Shown piece by piece: positions 48,662-62,640 of a stretch of 64,000 nt of DNA. Numbering within the stretch: the first letter of the stretch is position 1; every line of letters starts with the position of its first letter. A program made the position numbers and the translations under genes. The stretch comes from Phyllosticta citribraziliensis (lineage: Eukaryota): NCBI RefSeq assembly GCF_038025025.1, contig NW_027117350.1:496001-560000 (forward strand), written 5' to 3'. The notes beneath the pieces were generated by a model. The model made no database searches and was not told where the DNA came from. It saw only the letters and a list, made by a program, of their open reading frames with translations.

Positions 48662-49966
48662 GTTGACCACGGGGACGACGCACTGAACAACAGTGGACAA
48701 CTTGGGAAGAAAGGAACCAGCACGACAAGAAGACGTCAATACAAGAAATTGATGGATCTAGAAGAAACAAGCGGGCCAAACATAGCCTCGAGCGGGAGTG
48801 AGTTGGCGGCGTAGCTCTGGCTGACTGGCAGCGCACTACACCATGTAGGCCAGCGAACGGCGTCTTCCCTCGACGCGTGCGAGGCAGTCCAGCAGCGGCG
48901 CTCCCGGGGGCGCCCGCCCGGCTGACGACTGCGGAGGAGGATTAGACGGCGAGGATCCAGCGGCCGCTCAACGGACCCAACCTGGCTGAAACAATGTGTG
49001 TTCGCGGGCGGCGGACGAAGTTCGCGCTTTTGGCCGCAGTCACTTGTCGATCTGCAATTCCAACGGCAGTAGTGAGATGTAGCGGCGAAGGGAGATGTGA
49101 CGAATACGTCGCCCGTCCAGCGGGTCAATGACGTGTCAAGAGCGCCCTCTTCCATTGTTGCGATCAACGTTTGGGGAACGAAGTTTATCGGACGCGCGGA
49201 TGGCGTTTTGAACGGCGAGCCCCGCCGTGCCGCCGCTCGCTGCATTCCAGGGACTGCAGGAAACAAACGGCTCGCGTTGCCGTCACTGGTCACGTCGGTC
49301 GTTCTCTGCCAGAATATACTTTGCTCGCTGCCGTTGGTCCTGAAGCTTGTATCATCGCCATTGAGATTCTTCGTTCTCTGCTGCGAAGTCGAGGGGCATG
49401 GTGGCGGGAACGTTTGCGAATGGTGGAGCTCGTGTTGCTAGACCCTGACGTTGTCGTCTTTTTCCCCTTGCTTGTACTAATTGAGCTTGGTGCTGTTCCC
49501 TCGACGTGAGCTAGCGAAAGTAGTCGGCGGGCGCAAGAGACTGCATTCTCCAATCAGGTTAGCGTGGTCAGGGGAACAAGCATTGTGCTGGGATTGCGCT
49601 CGCGGCGCCGCGTTCTATGTTTGGAAAAAGTCGGCATTGTTGTATTTCAAAACTTTTTGTCACTCATGACGCCAGGGTGTGTGGGTAGACTGCTGCTGCT
49701 TATATGTGAGTACAAGCGACCGTATCATCTCGAGGGGAAGAAAGACTTGGGAGCTTTGACAAGAAAACGTATGTCAAGAGAAAAGGCAGCCCCTAAGCTG
49801 CACTCATACTGGTGTGGTAGTGGTCATTTCTCTTGACACTCACTGTGACAGGAAAGAACCCAACGGACAGATCAACTAGCAAGATACAAAATGGACCATA
49901 GTAGAGCATACTAGAGCATATATAATCCGACTGCGCCGCAAGCTGGAATCCGTGGCTCTCTCGAGT

Positions 49967-51864
49967 TTATAATTCGTCGTGCTGCTCCTCATCTTCCGGA
50001 ACCCGAACCTAAGCCAAGTCAGCGGATATCTTACATGCTCGTGACGAAAATGATGCGCTACCTTTGACAGCTTGAATCCACCGGGCACCATGGTCTGGAA
50101 GACTCTGTCGGGATCATACTTTGCCGCAGCCGCCCGCATCTTCTGAATGTTGGCATGGCCGTATGTTGAGAGGGGATCTTGTGTGGGATCCGCGTAGTCC
50201 AAGTAGACAAACAGGTTGCTCTTTCCAATGCTCTTGGCGTATGAGTCGAGGTCCTCGACGTACTGTTCAGAGAGCTTGTGGAACAGCTCATCATTTTCCT
50301 CGCTCATCCATCCAACGTCGTAAAGAAACACTACACCAAAGTTTTAGATAAGGAGATTCTTATCTTGGTTTTTGGGAGCTTACAGATGTTGTTCTCGGTG
50401 AATCGATCGAGGCCCAAGATGTTGCCTCCGTTGGCTGCGGAATGCTTCGCAAAGCTTGCTGGCATTGGTTGGAACATGGGCGAAAAGTACCACTCGTCGG
50501 CATCGCCGATGCTTTCAATCATCTTGTGGAAGAGTTCGGTCGCTTTCTTGATAATACGTTCATCGTTTTGGAACGTGAGCGCCATGAATTTCCACCTGGA
50601 CGTGTCAGCATCCAAACACAGACAAGGATAACAGTCTGTGGCAGGGAAAATGGCAAGTCCTGGCGCCAAATTTAGACGTAGTCAGACTGCCGGTGAGCCC
50701 GGGAAGCGGCCATTTCTTTTGAAAGCTGTGATATGACAATTTCAAAACTCTTACCTGAACCCCACTGGCTGCTCCAGCTCTTCAGTAATATCGGTCATGT
50801 TGGTGATTCTCATCGTGCTCGAAAAGTTCCCTGGGATTGCCATAAACTCGTCGAAGATTGGAGGTCGTTCCACTGGCTTCGTGTACTCGTAGGCGTTTGC
50901 AATGAAAGGAAACCCTCGGGCAGAATGATACAGAAGAATCATGATGGTAGACGCGTAAGGGTCATCTGCAAGCTTTTCGCCAAAGTTCACGAGGGCCTTC
51001 GAATGCAAGCCGGCGGTGCTGATTGGGTAGCCCACGATTCCTCCCCAGACGTTTTCGCGGTCGAAGGTCTGCAAGTCGATTCGGGTAACGATGCCAAAGT
51101 TGTTCGAGCCGCCTTTCAATACTTGGAAGAGATCGGCGTTTGTCTCCCTGTTTGCAAAGACAACTTCGCCATTTGCGAGGACGACCTAGAACCTGTTGAG
51201 CGATTGGTATCCTAGGAAAGACTTTTTGTTTACCTCAAAGTTGGCGACATTGTCGCATACAAGACCTTTGCGTGCCGAGTAGAACGAATTGCCGCCGCCG
51301 AGGACGAGACCAGCTACACCGACTGAAGCTGCACGTCCTCCGGCGGATGCGACACCTGCGTTGTCGAGGGTTCTGAAAACTGAGCCCCACCTCGCTCCGG
51401 GTTGGATAGCTGCAGTCTGATTGTTGGCAAAGTACGTCGTCGAGTTCATGAATCCCAGATCTAGCGTCACTCCGCCGTCGATATTCGCGGCGCCTCCATA
51501 CGTCGTGTGTCCTCCGCTACGCACGGCAAACTGGCAAGGCTGGGTCTTGTTTGCCAGGACCAGCGTTTTCACAATCGTGGAGACTTCTTCGGCACGTCCT
51601 GGCTGGATGATGCATCCTGGTTGTAGTCGGGCCAGTGGACTCCAGTAGGCTTGTTGTCTTGCCTCGTACGCATCTCCACCTGGGTAGTGGATTATTTCTC
51701 CAAATCCGGCGCTCTCAAGAGCATCGCACTTGGCGCGTGTCAGTCTTGTTGATTGTGCACCCCGATCCACTTACGCAGAAGGACGGTTCAGTCTCCGCCG
51801 CTCGTGCTCCTTGCGCAGCAAATGCGCTCAATGCAGCTTGAGCCAGTAGTGTGCCTGGTTTCAT
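49967..51864 (-). CDS. FAD-linked oxidoreductase (berberine-bridge-enzyme/VAO family) with signal peptide and C-terminal HDEL
   Basis: FAVRSGGH, GVAGLVLGGG, LKGGSNNFGIVTR, YLDYAD, KYDPDRVFQ..PGGFKL. Terminal exon VRVPEDEEQHDEL* after GTAGCG...GCTGAC...TTAG intron. Confidence 0.85.
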
Positions 51865-54800
51865 ATTTCTGACAAGAAAAAACAAATTTCAGAGCGAGAA
51901 AGAAAGTCTCCCATGCCTGGGGTACTTGGGGGCCATCCTTTAAGTACCTTGTTCAGAAGTCGTACTTGAACATCTTCACCGTACCTGGGCTTTTGGCCCC
52001 ATTCTCTTGGCGACAAAGCTGTCTGGAGGGTTCCTCTTTGAGTGGGACTGGACTGTTGAATGAAAGCTCATCACGCGCTGGGTTGAGGAGTTCGAGTCGT
52101 CGTCAAAGACTGCCTTTTCACCGAAGACACCATCTTCTTTGATCGCACTCGGCCTATCCTCGCATCACCGGGGGCCTGGCAGAAGCTTCGAAGGCTCGAG
52201 GCTCGAACGCGATCTTTTTGTGTGGCGAGTCGTGAGGTGGAGTTGTGGCTGCTTGTGGTCGGTGACCCGAGCGGCAACCAATTCCCCGCGAACCCCAGGC
52301 GGCGCTCTGTCCAAAAGGAGGCTAGTCGTTTGCGTTGGCCTTGCGTCGGCAGCTTCTTCGTCCGTTCCACTGCAAATCATCAACAGCAAGACGTCCTGCT
52401 GTGCCTGCGTTCAAGACTTGTCCACGGAAAGTGTCTCTCAACCCTCCAATCCTCGAGCCGAGAAAGACCTTTGGTGTTTGCTGCCAACGCCCACGTCCGA
52501 CGCCCTGTTAATCAACCCTCTCGCGATTTGGCCCTCAATATTCGTCTTGAGACTTTGAAGGCGGCTACGACGAGTTGAACAGAACGAAAGGGCTCTCTGG
52601 TCCGTCTCTTTTGCTTTCGAAGAGGTTCTCGCTCCAGCGCTCGCATCTGCTGCTTTGAATGTTCTGTGCTGGTAGCCCCTCTACTCACCTTGCGCAACCA
52701 TGCGGCTCTTCCACTTAAGTTCTTGTCGCCAAAGTCTCCAGATGCTTGGCCTGCGATGGCGTTGTTTGAGCAGGCAGGAGTCAGTCCTGCTGACATCGTT
52801 GACATCTCTCAACATCTCTGCAAGATCAGACTATGCTCGGAGGACTCTTGACCCAGGTCCGGAGGCTGGTAGAATTGGACCGACGGCCGCATTCGAACGA
52901 GACGCAGTGGTGTTTATCACGAATCCACCGCAGGCAGGAAGCTCCAGCCATCTCAAGTTGCACCACGCGGTCAGACCTGAAACGACGCCCTCAAATGAAT
53001 CGCAGAGCCACGTTGTTCGAGAGTACGAAATCCAAATCGATGTCGCCCCGCCTCTTGCACGTTGGTCGATCGCAATGTCCGCAGGCGGATTTGCAGCCGG
53101 CCACGGACAGCGGCCACACCCGCAGATGCTCGCTTACGCTCACAATACTCGAATCAGTTGGACACCCGCAGCACTTGGAAGTCTTTCTTGTCGGCACACC
53201 GCTATTGATTAGATGACAAAGCAGCCTTTTGACAAGTGAGTTTGGGCCTTTACGAAAGCGAGGTCGAGGAAGGGCCCGGAAAAGACGAAGAGGAGATCTC
53301 GGAGACAAGACGGGCAGGTGCTCGTCTTGACGACGGCGACGAATCTCGTTCGCCAAAAGCTACATCAATCCTATGCTGGTTCCAGTCACTCCGGATCTTC
53401 GAGACTTGTGAGAGTGACCTTCTATTCTCAGAAGGAAGGTAGCACCATTCCCAGACGTTCGAGCTGTTGGCACACAGCATATTGAAGATGATCTCTTCCC
53501 AACATCGCAGCTGCTTTGCCTGCCGATCCAAGATCCCTCCTTTGAGGCATCTATCCTGATCAAGGTTGACTACATGAGTGGTTCAAGTCGTTGATCAACC
53601 CGTTTTGTCTTGCGGCGACTCGAAAATGGGGGAAGAGGACGCAAAGAGTCATGGTCGATAGCTTGGACTTCTCCCCCACGTGTAAGTGGATCGCCCATTC
53701 AGGTAAGCTGCTAAGCCCAGAATGGCAGCTCAAAAGTCCTGGTCGGAGATTCCCTGCACGGATCTTGACATCGGATTTGAGACGGATTCGCGGGCCGATT
53801 GCCAACTTTCTTGCTGTCGCCGGCACTCTGGTCTTCCGTGAATCACAATCGAGAGTGATTGGCCAGAAAGACTTCGATTACAAGCGCTCACTGCGATGGT
53901 CCCTGAAAATACACAACTTTTGTGCGGTTGAAATCGAGGATCGCCTCCGAGACTTTGCGGGACTTGACGAGACGAGCAGGTGCGGTCAGCAATGCGAAAG
54001 TCTCGCATCAAAGACATGCGGAAATTCAGGGCGTGTAGGAGTCGTCAGCGCATGCGCGGAAACAGTCTCCTTGATATTGCACGCGTCTTTTGGCTGGACA
54101 ACTGACACCGACGTGGGAGACAAGGAGTCTCCATAACCTCAGTGACAAGCTCTCTTGGTACTTCTTGGCATAAAACCAAGCTTCTTGCTTGCGTGGACGG
54201 GCGGAGCGATGGCTTGGCCAGAATGCTTGATGGATCTTGGCATGTTACAGCTATATGGCAAACTGGACCGTGTGTGCGCTGGGCTGACGACGTCCCGCTA
54301 TCAGTTTCCTCGTTGCACCGCGAAAGATTTTGGAGTCTCCCGTTCTATCCGAGAGCCTTCTGTTTTACAATGGGAGAGAAGACGAGACCATGGTGAGCGT
54401 CTGTAGGACTATTCTCCCACCTACTTACCTTGCCACTATAGGCGAAGCCTCGGCTTAGATATCGGACCATATTCGGGTCGAAGGACTTTTATCGAGCTTT
54501 GAGCTGGCAAATCCGATCAGGAGAGCATGAACCGGCCTTGTCAAAAGAAGCCACCAACTGGCGCCTGCCAACAAAAGAAAAGGCGACCGGTGATGCGGGT
54601 TCACCGCAGCGACGACCCATGGAAGCTTGCGAGGCAGTCGGTACTTTGGCCAAGTCTCCCTGAATCATTCAAACCACAACAAGGGATGAGGCAGTACGGA
54701 CCGAACCGCCTGTAATGTCCAGGCAATGCTGTTTGTTCTGCGAGCATCTCTTGCGGCGGATCGAAGTGCCGTTGACTTTGCGGATAATTCCAGACCGGGG

Positions 54801-55880
54801 GTTCCATGAAACAGGTAATGATGGGCATTGGTGTAGCGCCATCGTGACAAGAGCCTCCTTGACCAGATTTGACGCTGGGTATCCAGTAAGCTCGAGTTGC
54901 GCAAAACTCCTTTTTTCCATTCCTGGTCGGACAGTGGCATTTTCGCGAAAAGACAATGCCATCCTCTACAGTCCGCAATCTGGAAAACATCAACTGCAGC
55001 TGTCAACAACCACTCGCGAACGACGCTCGAAGCCAACGCATCAATGTTTGACAAGGCTGGCTGACAAGGATTGGTATCCAGGGGCTGTTTGATTCATGCA
55101 GCAGGTGGCAGAACATGGCGGACAGGGAATCGCGTTGGCGAAAGTGATGTGGAGTCTAGCCGCGGAGGATTGTCCCGTGTCGACCCCCCAAAAGACACGG
55201 ACGGCAAAGAAGCGGCACCACAACCACGGACGATACCGGTGCCTACCCTGTCCCTGTTGCAAAATCCAGATTCTAGACGTTGCGTCAACTCCGACAAGTC
55301 TGACGAAGGATTTTTTCATAAAGGCAATTTCCTCTCTAACATCGGCGCAGGTCGACCACTCAGCTGTCCCACGCAGACTCGGTCGATTGAAAGAAGTCAG
55401 GGCGACTTTGGTCGTGTATAGCATGCAAAGTAATGAAGCAGCTGTACCGGCGTAAGAGTGTGCGATGTACGCGTCAGCTGCCCAAAGAGAAGGCGGAGAG
55501 ATATTCCATGTGCTCAAACAGGGGCTGCCGTCCTTTCTGCGCTTTCGGCTGCGCGGTTGAAACCGACCTGAGCATTTCGGAGGTGGGCCGAGAGCGGATC
55601 TTCCCAGGCCTGTGGCCGAATTCCCACCAACCACTGCTCTTTTGCTCCATCAACACCACTTTGTGAATCCTAAATCGCTGCCAACTCGGTCCGCCTCCCG
55701 CTCAATGTGGATTGACGCCCCGAAACACATCTTTACCTCCTTTCATCACTTTGCTATTCCAGTCCAACACCGATCGCGCCAGTCCCGCCATCCAGACAAC
55801 CTGGTCACGGTCCCACATCCGTCTGCCCTTGCCCGGCAACAGGTGTGGGACCGAGTAGTCGGCTCTGTTATTGAAGCCTT

Positions 55881-55890
55881 GTATATATAT
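55881..55890 (+). promoter_or_regulatory. Probable TATA element of the GH28 gene
   Basis: GTATATATAT about 140 nt upstream of the ATG at 56031. Confidence 0.45.
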
Positions 55891-56030
55891 CGGTGGCCTT
55901 GGCCAAGGAAGACACTTTTCGACGGCAGGCACTCCTCACCAACAAACTCCACCATCATTCATTCCCTAATCTGGCATTAGCGTTACTCTACATTCTTTGA
56001 ATCCAAACACCACATCCTCTACCTGCCAAA

Positions 56031-57311
56031 ATGGTTTACCTCAGCAACAAGAAGGCCATCGCTGGTCTTCTCCTGGGCGCTGGCGCCCACATGGCTGCCG
56101 CTGCTCCTGCTGCCCCGGCCGTCACTGCTGCTCCTTCCCTCAAGGACGCCCAGATCAACAAGCGTGGCGACTCTTGCACCTTCAGCGACGCCAGTGCTGC
56201 CTCCGAGTCCAAGGCCAGCTGCGCTACCATCATCCTGAGCGACATCACTGTTCCCGCTGGCGAGACCCTTGACCTGTCTGACCTCAATGACAACACCTAC
56301 GTATGTTTTCACTCGTCGAATTTCAAATGCCGGATGGAAGATTGCTAACACAAAGCAGGTCGAGTTCCAGGGTACTACCACTTTCGAGTACGATGAGTGG
56401 AAGGGTCCCCTTGTCCGCTTCTCTGGTAGCGGTCTTACCATCACCGGTGCTGACGGCCACTCGCTCGACGGCAATGGTGCCAAGTGGTGGGACGGCGAGG
56501 GCTCCAACGGTGGCGTCACCAAGCCCAAGTTCTTCTACGCCCACGACTTGACCGACTCGACCATCTCCGGTCTCAACATCAAGAATACCCCTGTCCAGTG
56601 CTTCTCGGTCAACGGCGCCGAGAACTTGGTCATTGAGAACGTCACCATTGACAACACCGACGGTGACGAGACCAACTCTGACGGCGATGCTCTCGGCCAC
56701 AACACCGACGCTTTCGATGTCGGTTCCTCTACCGGAGTTACCATCAAGGGTGCTACCGTCTACAACCAGGATGACTGCCTGGCTGTCAACTCTGGTGAAA
56801 ACATCATCTTCACTGGCGGCAGTAAGTTCTCCAGAAAGTCCGCTTCCTGTTGCAAATAATTAACAAATTCGCAGCTTGCAGCGGTGGCCACGGTCTCTCC
56901 ATCGGCTCCGTCGGTGGCCGTGACGACAACACGGTTTCCAACGTGACCATCTCCGACACGACCGTCAAGGACTCGCAGAACGGCGTCCGCATCAAGACCG
57001 TCTACGACGCCACGGGCGAGGTCAGCGACATCACCTACTCGGGCATCACGCTCTCCGGAATCACCAAGTACGGCATCGTCATCGAGCAGGACTACGAGAA
57101 CGGCTCGCCCACCGGCGACCCCACCACCGGCGTCCCCATCACCGGCCTGAGCGTCTCCGACGTCACCGGCTCCGTCTCCGACGATGCTACCCAGGTCTAC
57201 ATCCTCTGCGGCGACGGCTCTTGCTCCGACTGGACCTGGAGCGGCGTTTCCATCACCGGTGGTGAAGCCAGCGATGAGTGCTCTGGCATCCCCGACGGCG
57301 CTTCTTGCTAA
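56031..57311 (+). CDS. Secreted endopolygalacturonase (GH28), 3 exons
   Basis: Signal/propeptide ending KR, catalytic motifs [26 protein letters not shown]-terminal CSDWTW. Confidence 0.96.
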
Positions 57312-58160
57312 GTGCGCTCATGCCTTGGGGTGATGGTGCTTTGGACGAGGTGGACGCGACGATGTTGTGGTTCACGACTTTGACCTTCTTTGTAGATATA
57401 TTCTGACAGCCTGTCCGATGAATGCAATCTTTGGTGGAAATGCGCTTCTCTTCATGCGCTTGAAGTTGTGAAAGCTGCTCATGTCAAATCGACCACATTG
57501 ATCCAAACCTTCGTCAGCTCTTGGAAAAGCCTGATCGGTCTCTCACCGCATTGGTTCCTCTTGCAACCCATCCCAAACCTCATCTCCGCTCGTCGGCCGC
57601 CGATCTCGGAGCGCACTCCCTCAATTCCGCTCGCCTTGATCTGGTGAAAGCGTCGGGAATGATTCGGAATGTCCAGTTCTTGTGTACGCGCGTCAAAAAA
57701 TTGAGAGCGTAATTTTTCCTGTCATTGTAGATGGCGGGTTGGTCCTATCGCACCAGGACGAGATGGTACGGGACAGTGACGTTCTTGCTGGCGATGCAAA
57801 GCCTTTAGCGACAGGAGTATGGACGATGATATGTTATCAACAGAGACGGTGGAAGCATGTCGTAGAGGGACGGAGAGAATGGGTTGCGGGACGTTGACGT
57901 ATCATGGCGTGGTAGACAGAGCGGGGATGGTGCCAGTGGAAATAGCTTCCGAAGCTTAAATTTAAGCTTAAGATCAAGCTCTAACGCGCCGTCGCAAGAG
58001 ACAAGGAAGCAAGACAAAAAGCCCGGTCCTCATGTTTATCGAATCGGATTATTTTGTCGTAGCAATCATTGCGTGCTCAGCGCAGCGCGGGGCGTCTTGG
58101 CTGGCCTGACTCTTGGATGCCGCAGCCTAATTTACACACATGCCCTTTTTGGCTTCTCGC

Positions 58161-59931
58161 TCACCCCAAGACCGAACGAACCACAGAAGCGCCGCTGACC
58201 GCTGACGTCGAAGAAATCTTGCCCTGGCTGATGAGTTGCTTGAAGACCTGTAGGGCGGCCTCGGGCTCTGCGGAAAGCAAAATCAGCACATTTGTTCGCG
58301 AGATACCTTTGCTGCGGGAAGGACTTACGGTAGTAAGGCACTTCGTGGCCTGCCTCATAGACGCGCAGAAACGAGAAGTTGTCGACGGTCTTGAAAGTGC
58401 CCTTTTCCACGCCGTCGACCGTGTAGGGTTCGAGCGAAGCGTTGCGGTAGGTGCTCGCGCCGGAAAAGTCGAGTGTTTGCGCGACGTCGTAGTTGCCCAC
58501 CCAGTTGCAAATCCAGTCGGCGTCCTGTTGTCCGATATGTCAATCATGTATTCTATGCTCGCTTTACTGATGCCCCGTGAGATGAGGGCCACGATTGAAA
58601 ATTTGACTTACACCTGCCCAGACAATCGTGCTGATTCCAGCTTGAATAACAGCTTCCAGCTCCGAAACAAAGGAACGAGGGTCTAGCGCAGTCAGTGAAA
58701 TTCTCCCCCAATACAAGGGGAAGCGGGAACGCACTATCTCCTGTGCTAGAGAACTTATAGTACGCAGCATCAGGGCATTCGGAGTAATTCGACTTGGCGC
58801 CAATCGCCTTCTTGACGTCAGAGCGAGCCAAGTAATCCACGTAGGTCTCGGGAGGATCAACGGCATTGGCAGATAGACGGACGTCGTAGACATTGAAGTC
58901 GGCAGCTCCGCTGATTGGGCCCTCGATGGAGTCGTAGCACACATTGTCGGCGTTTATGCATGCGTTGTTGGTGCCGGAGCTTTCGCACTGCTTGACGGCG
59001 GGCAAGCACTCGTCGTTGTAGGCACTGTAGTACGACTGTGCATCACTGGAGCTGAGGATCTGCTTGTAAGTGTTGTTGACGGCAAAGTCAATGTACGCCT
59101 TTTCTTGGATGCCGGCGTCGATCCAGCCGTTGTTGATTCCAAGGGCAACAAGGTTGATTGCGTCTCCCGTGACGGATCCGTTGGCAACGCCCTTGTTCTG
59201 GTCCAAAATGTAGGACGCAAATTCGGGACCGTAATGACCGCCGTAGGATTCGGTGAAAATGGCAAAATCTCTGCTCTCGTATTGCGGGAACTGGTCGAAG
59301 AAGGCCTGGAGCAGCTTCCATACGTACGGAGCAGCCGTATACGTAGAAGTCACCTGGTCATCACCATACGAAAAGCCGACGCCGATGGGCTGGTCAATGT
59401 AGATGACTTCATAAATTTAGTGAATTTTCGTCTGCTTTTTGCCGCGACGAACATACCGTTGGCATACTCGTTAAAGCTGTACTCATTTAGAGAGGGCTCG
59501 GTGCTGCCATTCACAAAGTGACAAGGGCCATTTTCTTGGAACAGCCCAATCATGCTGCTACAACCAGGACCTCCGTTGAACCTGGAAAATTGTGAGTCAA
59601 TCACCGGGGACGATTTTGGATCGTAATACCATGCTGCAAGTGGCGCAGTGGAAGCATTTTGCCGTGCTTCAAAGAACCAGAACCACATGTTCATATTTTC
59701 GCCGACGCTGAGGTAACCAGAGTACTGGTTGACGCCCGGAGTCGTTTCGCAAATGCCCGAGTTGTTGACATATTCCAGCTTAGCGCCAGTTGCAGCGTGC
59801 TCAAAGACATTGTATTCGACGCCCTCTTTAAGCACTGTGGAGCGCTTGTTTTGAAGGTGAGGGGAGGGCGCGACCAAAGCCAGTGCGCAAGGGACGAGGA
59901 ACAAGGCCGAAGCAGCAACGTTGAACCTCAT
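58161..59931 (-). CDS. Secreted serine carboxypeptidase (peptidase S10, carboxypeptidase S1-like), multi-exon
   Basis: Signal peptide MRFNVAAS, ICETTPGVNQYSGY, FNGGPGCSSM, FTESYGGHYGP (Ser), WAG|DADWICN (Asp), AGHEVPYY (His). Confidence 0.94.
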
Positions 59932-62640
59932 GGTGGCTTGCTCCAGAGATGTCGAACTTGAGTGGTTGCACTGGGACAACGAGAGACGTCAAAGCACACG
60001 ATTAAATAGGACGACGTTAGGTCTTTTTGAACGCTGGGCCCGTCAGGCGTATGATCTGCAGGACGGATGTGCTATGCCATGAGAAGCAGGTGAGGATAAA
60101 TGAAAGCAAGGAGAACGCATGTAACGGGAAGGCCCATCTTTGCCCCGACAGCACGAGAGGACATGTTGTGGGGGTTTCAACGGCCTTAGCGGCCAAGCAA
60201 CGAATGAACGGTCCATTTGGAGGACTGTAGCGGACTGTGGGCCGCGATCCTGGGCGGCACCAAGTCCAATCATGCGGAGCTGATCAGACGTTGGCAGCTA
60301 TGATGAGCGAATGGCAGATGGAGGCCTAGATTCAGGGGCGCAAGGTGATCCAACGCCGTCGACTTGTGGAGCGCGATGCGATAAGAGGTGGCAGGTGGCA
60401 GCCGTTAGGCTAGCTTCGTTGACAGGCGACCTGCCTCATCCGCCTTGGCCTCCGGACGACACGCCGTCCACGTGCGGACCGATCCTAAACCCATCGTCCA
60501 TGAGCACCTGCAGAAAAGGCACGCAAATGTCGCGAAATCAAACGTGATTTAGCAGAGAAGCAAGCGCGGACGCGACGGGTGATGCCCGCCGTGGGTGCCG
60601 TCTGGCAACGGGATGACTTTTCTTGCGCTCAAGGTGCATCCACCATAGGCAGAGAAACAAAAGGACTGCTTGCTAGACTGCTTTGCAAGATTTGTTTTCA
60701 TCTTCCAAGTCTGGTCGTTTTTTGCGACATTTCCGTTCGCGCCAAATGCAGTGCTCTCAGTTTGAACTAAGGCCTGGCCGCTGGACTGGCTCAAGAAAAC
60801 GTCCGCATCGTTCCAGTCGTTTCGGTCGTGGGCACGCGCTATGGAGGGCTTGGTTTGAAGTTGCGTTTGCAACACGTTGAAGGGACTGCGAATCCAAGCC
60901 AAGCGTGCGTCGTGTACACGGCAAGCCTACCTCCCATACTCATCAGTCGACTCCTGAAAATAGGTGGCTCGCTTGCGTTTCCTCCCCTGAATCCGGCCTT
61001 CCGGTACCTCGATACATTTCGGCTGCAGCTGCTGAACACATCCCAGAGTATTGGAATGCAAACAGCAAACGCCTTTGCTGAGTCCAAACTTTCACTGGCC
61101 ACCTTTCAAATGCTTTTCATCGGATTCATGTGACAGGCCGCCCAAGACGATGAACATCTGCTTCTGGCTGTGCTGCTGACATGACTGTTGCTCTGCACCG
61201 ACCACGTCACTGCCGAAGCCAAACAATCTCAGATTTCCTGAAGGTCCAAGACAAGCAGTCATCCGATGATGAGAAAAACATATTCGAGCCCGTCGGCAAG
61301 TTCCTCAATGGCCGTTCCTGGACCACTCAAAAGAAAAAAGGTTGTGGCTGGCCAAAAGGGTCAAATGTCCTAAACAGCGATTGGTAGCTTGAAAGAAAAG
61401 AGCTTGGAACCAAGGCAGTGTGACGAGAAAAGGGTGGGACAGCCGTGGTGAGTTGGATTGGCTTACGCTCTGAAGGAATGCTGCTTGTGGAGAGATGACC
61501 AACGACGGACCCCTGGGATTCGGATGACTTTGTGTGTCGGACCAAGTCTCCATGCGTCAAAGTGGCTGGCGAAACAGACCAACCACCTGGAAATTTGGAG
61601 CCGCATTTACTAGATGTGCTACGGGCTGCAGCAGCCAAGTGTGCCTTGTGCGCGGCAACACATGGGCATCGGACGCGCTTTGAATTGCAACCACCCAGAT
61701 GCGCCGACAGAACTGGCGGTGAAAGCATGAGACAAGGAGCCCATTCGATGGAAAACGATACGTCGGAGGATATACAAATCCCTGCAGCGAGGCTGTGAGG
61801 ATGAAAGAAGAAAAATCCGAGAGGGTGGAAATGGAGTAAATGTTTGGGCCACACAGCGCAGGTTAATTTTTCTAGCGGTCGGCCAAGAGGCGAGCGCTAC
61901 CGTCTGTGGCACCCACAATCGATGGAGCATGTGCGGCTGCTTCATGTCTCACACAAGTGACACGGCACCAAGGTATTTGTGATTAGTATAGGTAGGAAAC
62001 CGGGTCAGCGAGATCTGGTGACGGCAGTTTGCATGTTGCGACTTTCCACCACGTCTAGTTTGGGCCATCGGGACCCTTGGGGAGCGTACGAGCTGTCGCA
62101 AGTAACACGGACGACCGTGGCCCGCCGTGATTGGACGCCGACGAGGTAATTTCATACCACTTGGAATGGTGAGTCCGGATGGCTGCAGGGCAGTGTCGGG
62201 AAAGAGAAAGGCCTCAAGTGTCGTTGCCAGAGGCATGACCGATCAAGCGGAACCGCGCGGGCGAAGGAATCAGTGCGACTGTTGAGACCCGGGACTTGTG
62301 GCCCAAGCAAGGACGGACATGGGGGAATGAAATGAAGGCGACGTGAACCGGGATATGTGGAAAAGACAAACGACGACTTTGAAGCAAGGCAAAGAAGCAG
62401 TGAGTGGTGTTGAACACGGGCTTGACCGCATGTTGATGGAGCCGAGTAGAGTGCCCGCCCGCGCAAGGAGCAACGAACGAACGGTGGACCAGACCTGACG
62501 GACCCTGGCGGACCGGACGTCATCCGCTCACAGCACACGCGGGGCAGCTGCACCACCGACACCGCCCACCAAACTTCTCCCCCTCTACCACCAGAAACCT
62601 ATCCAACCACCAGACAAGACCCCCAGCGCCCCTGTCCATC

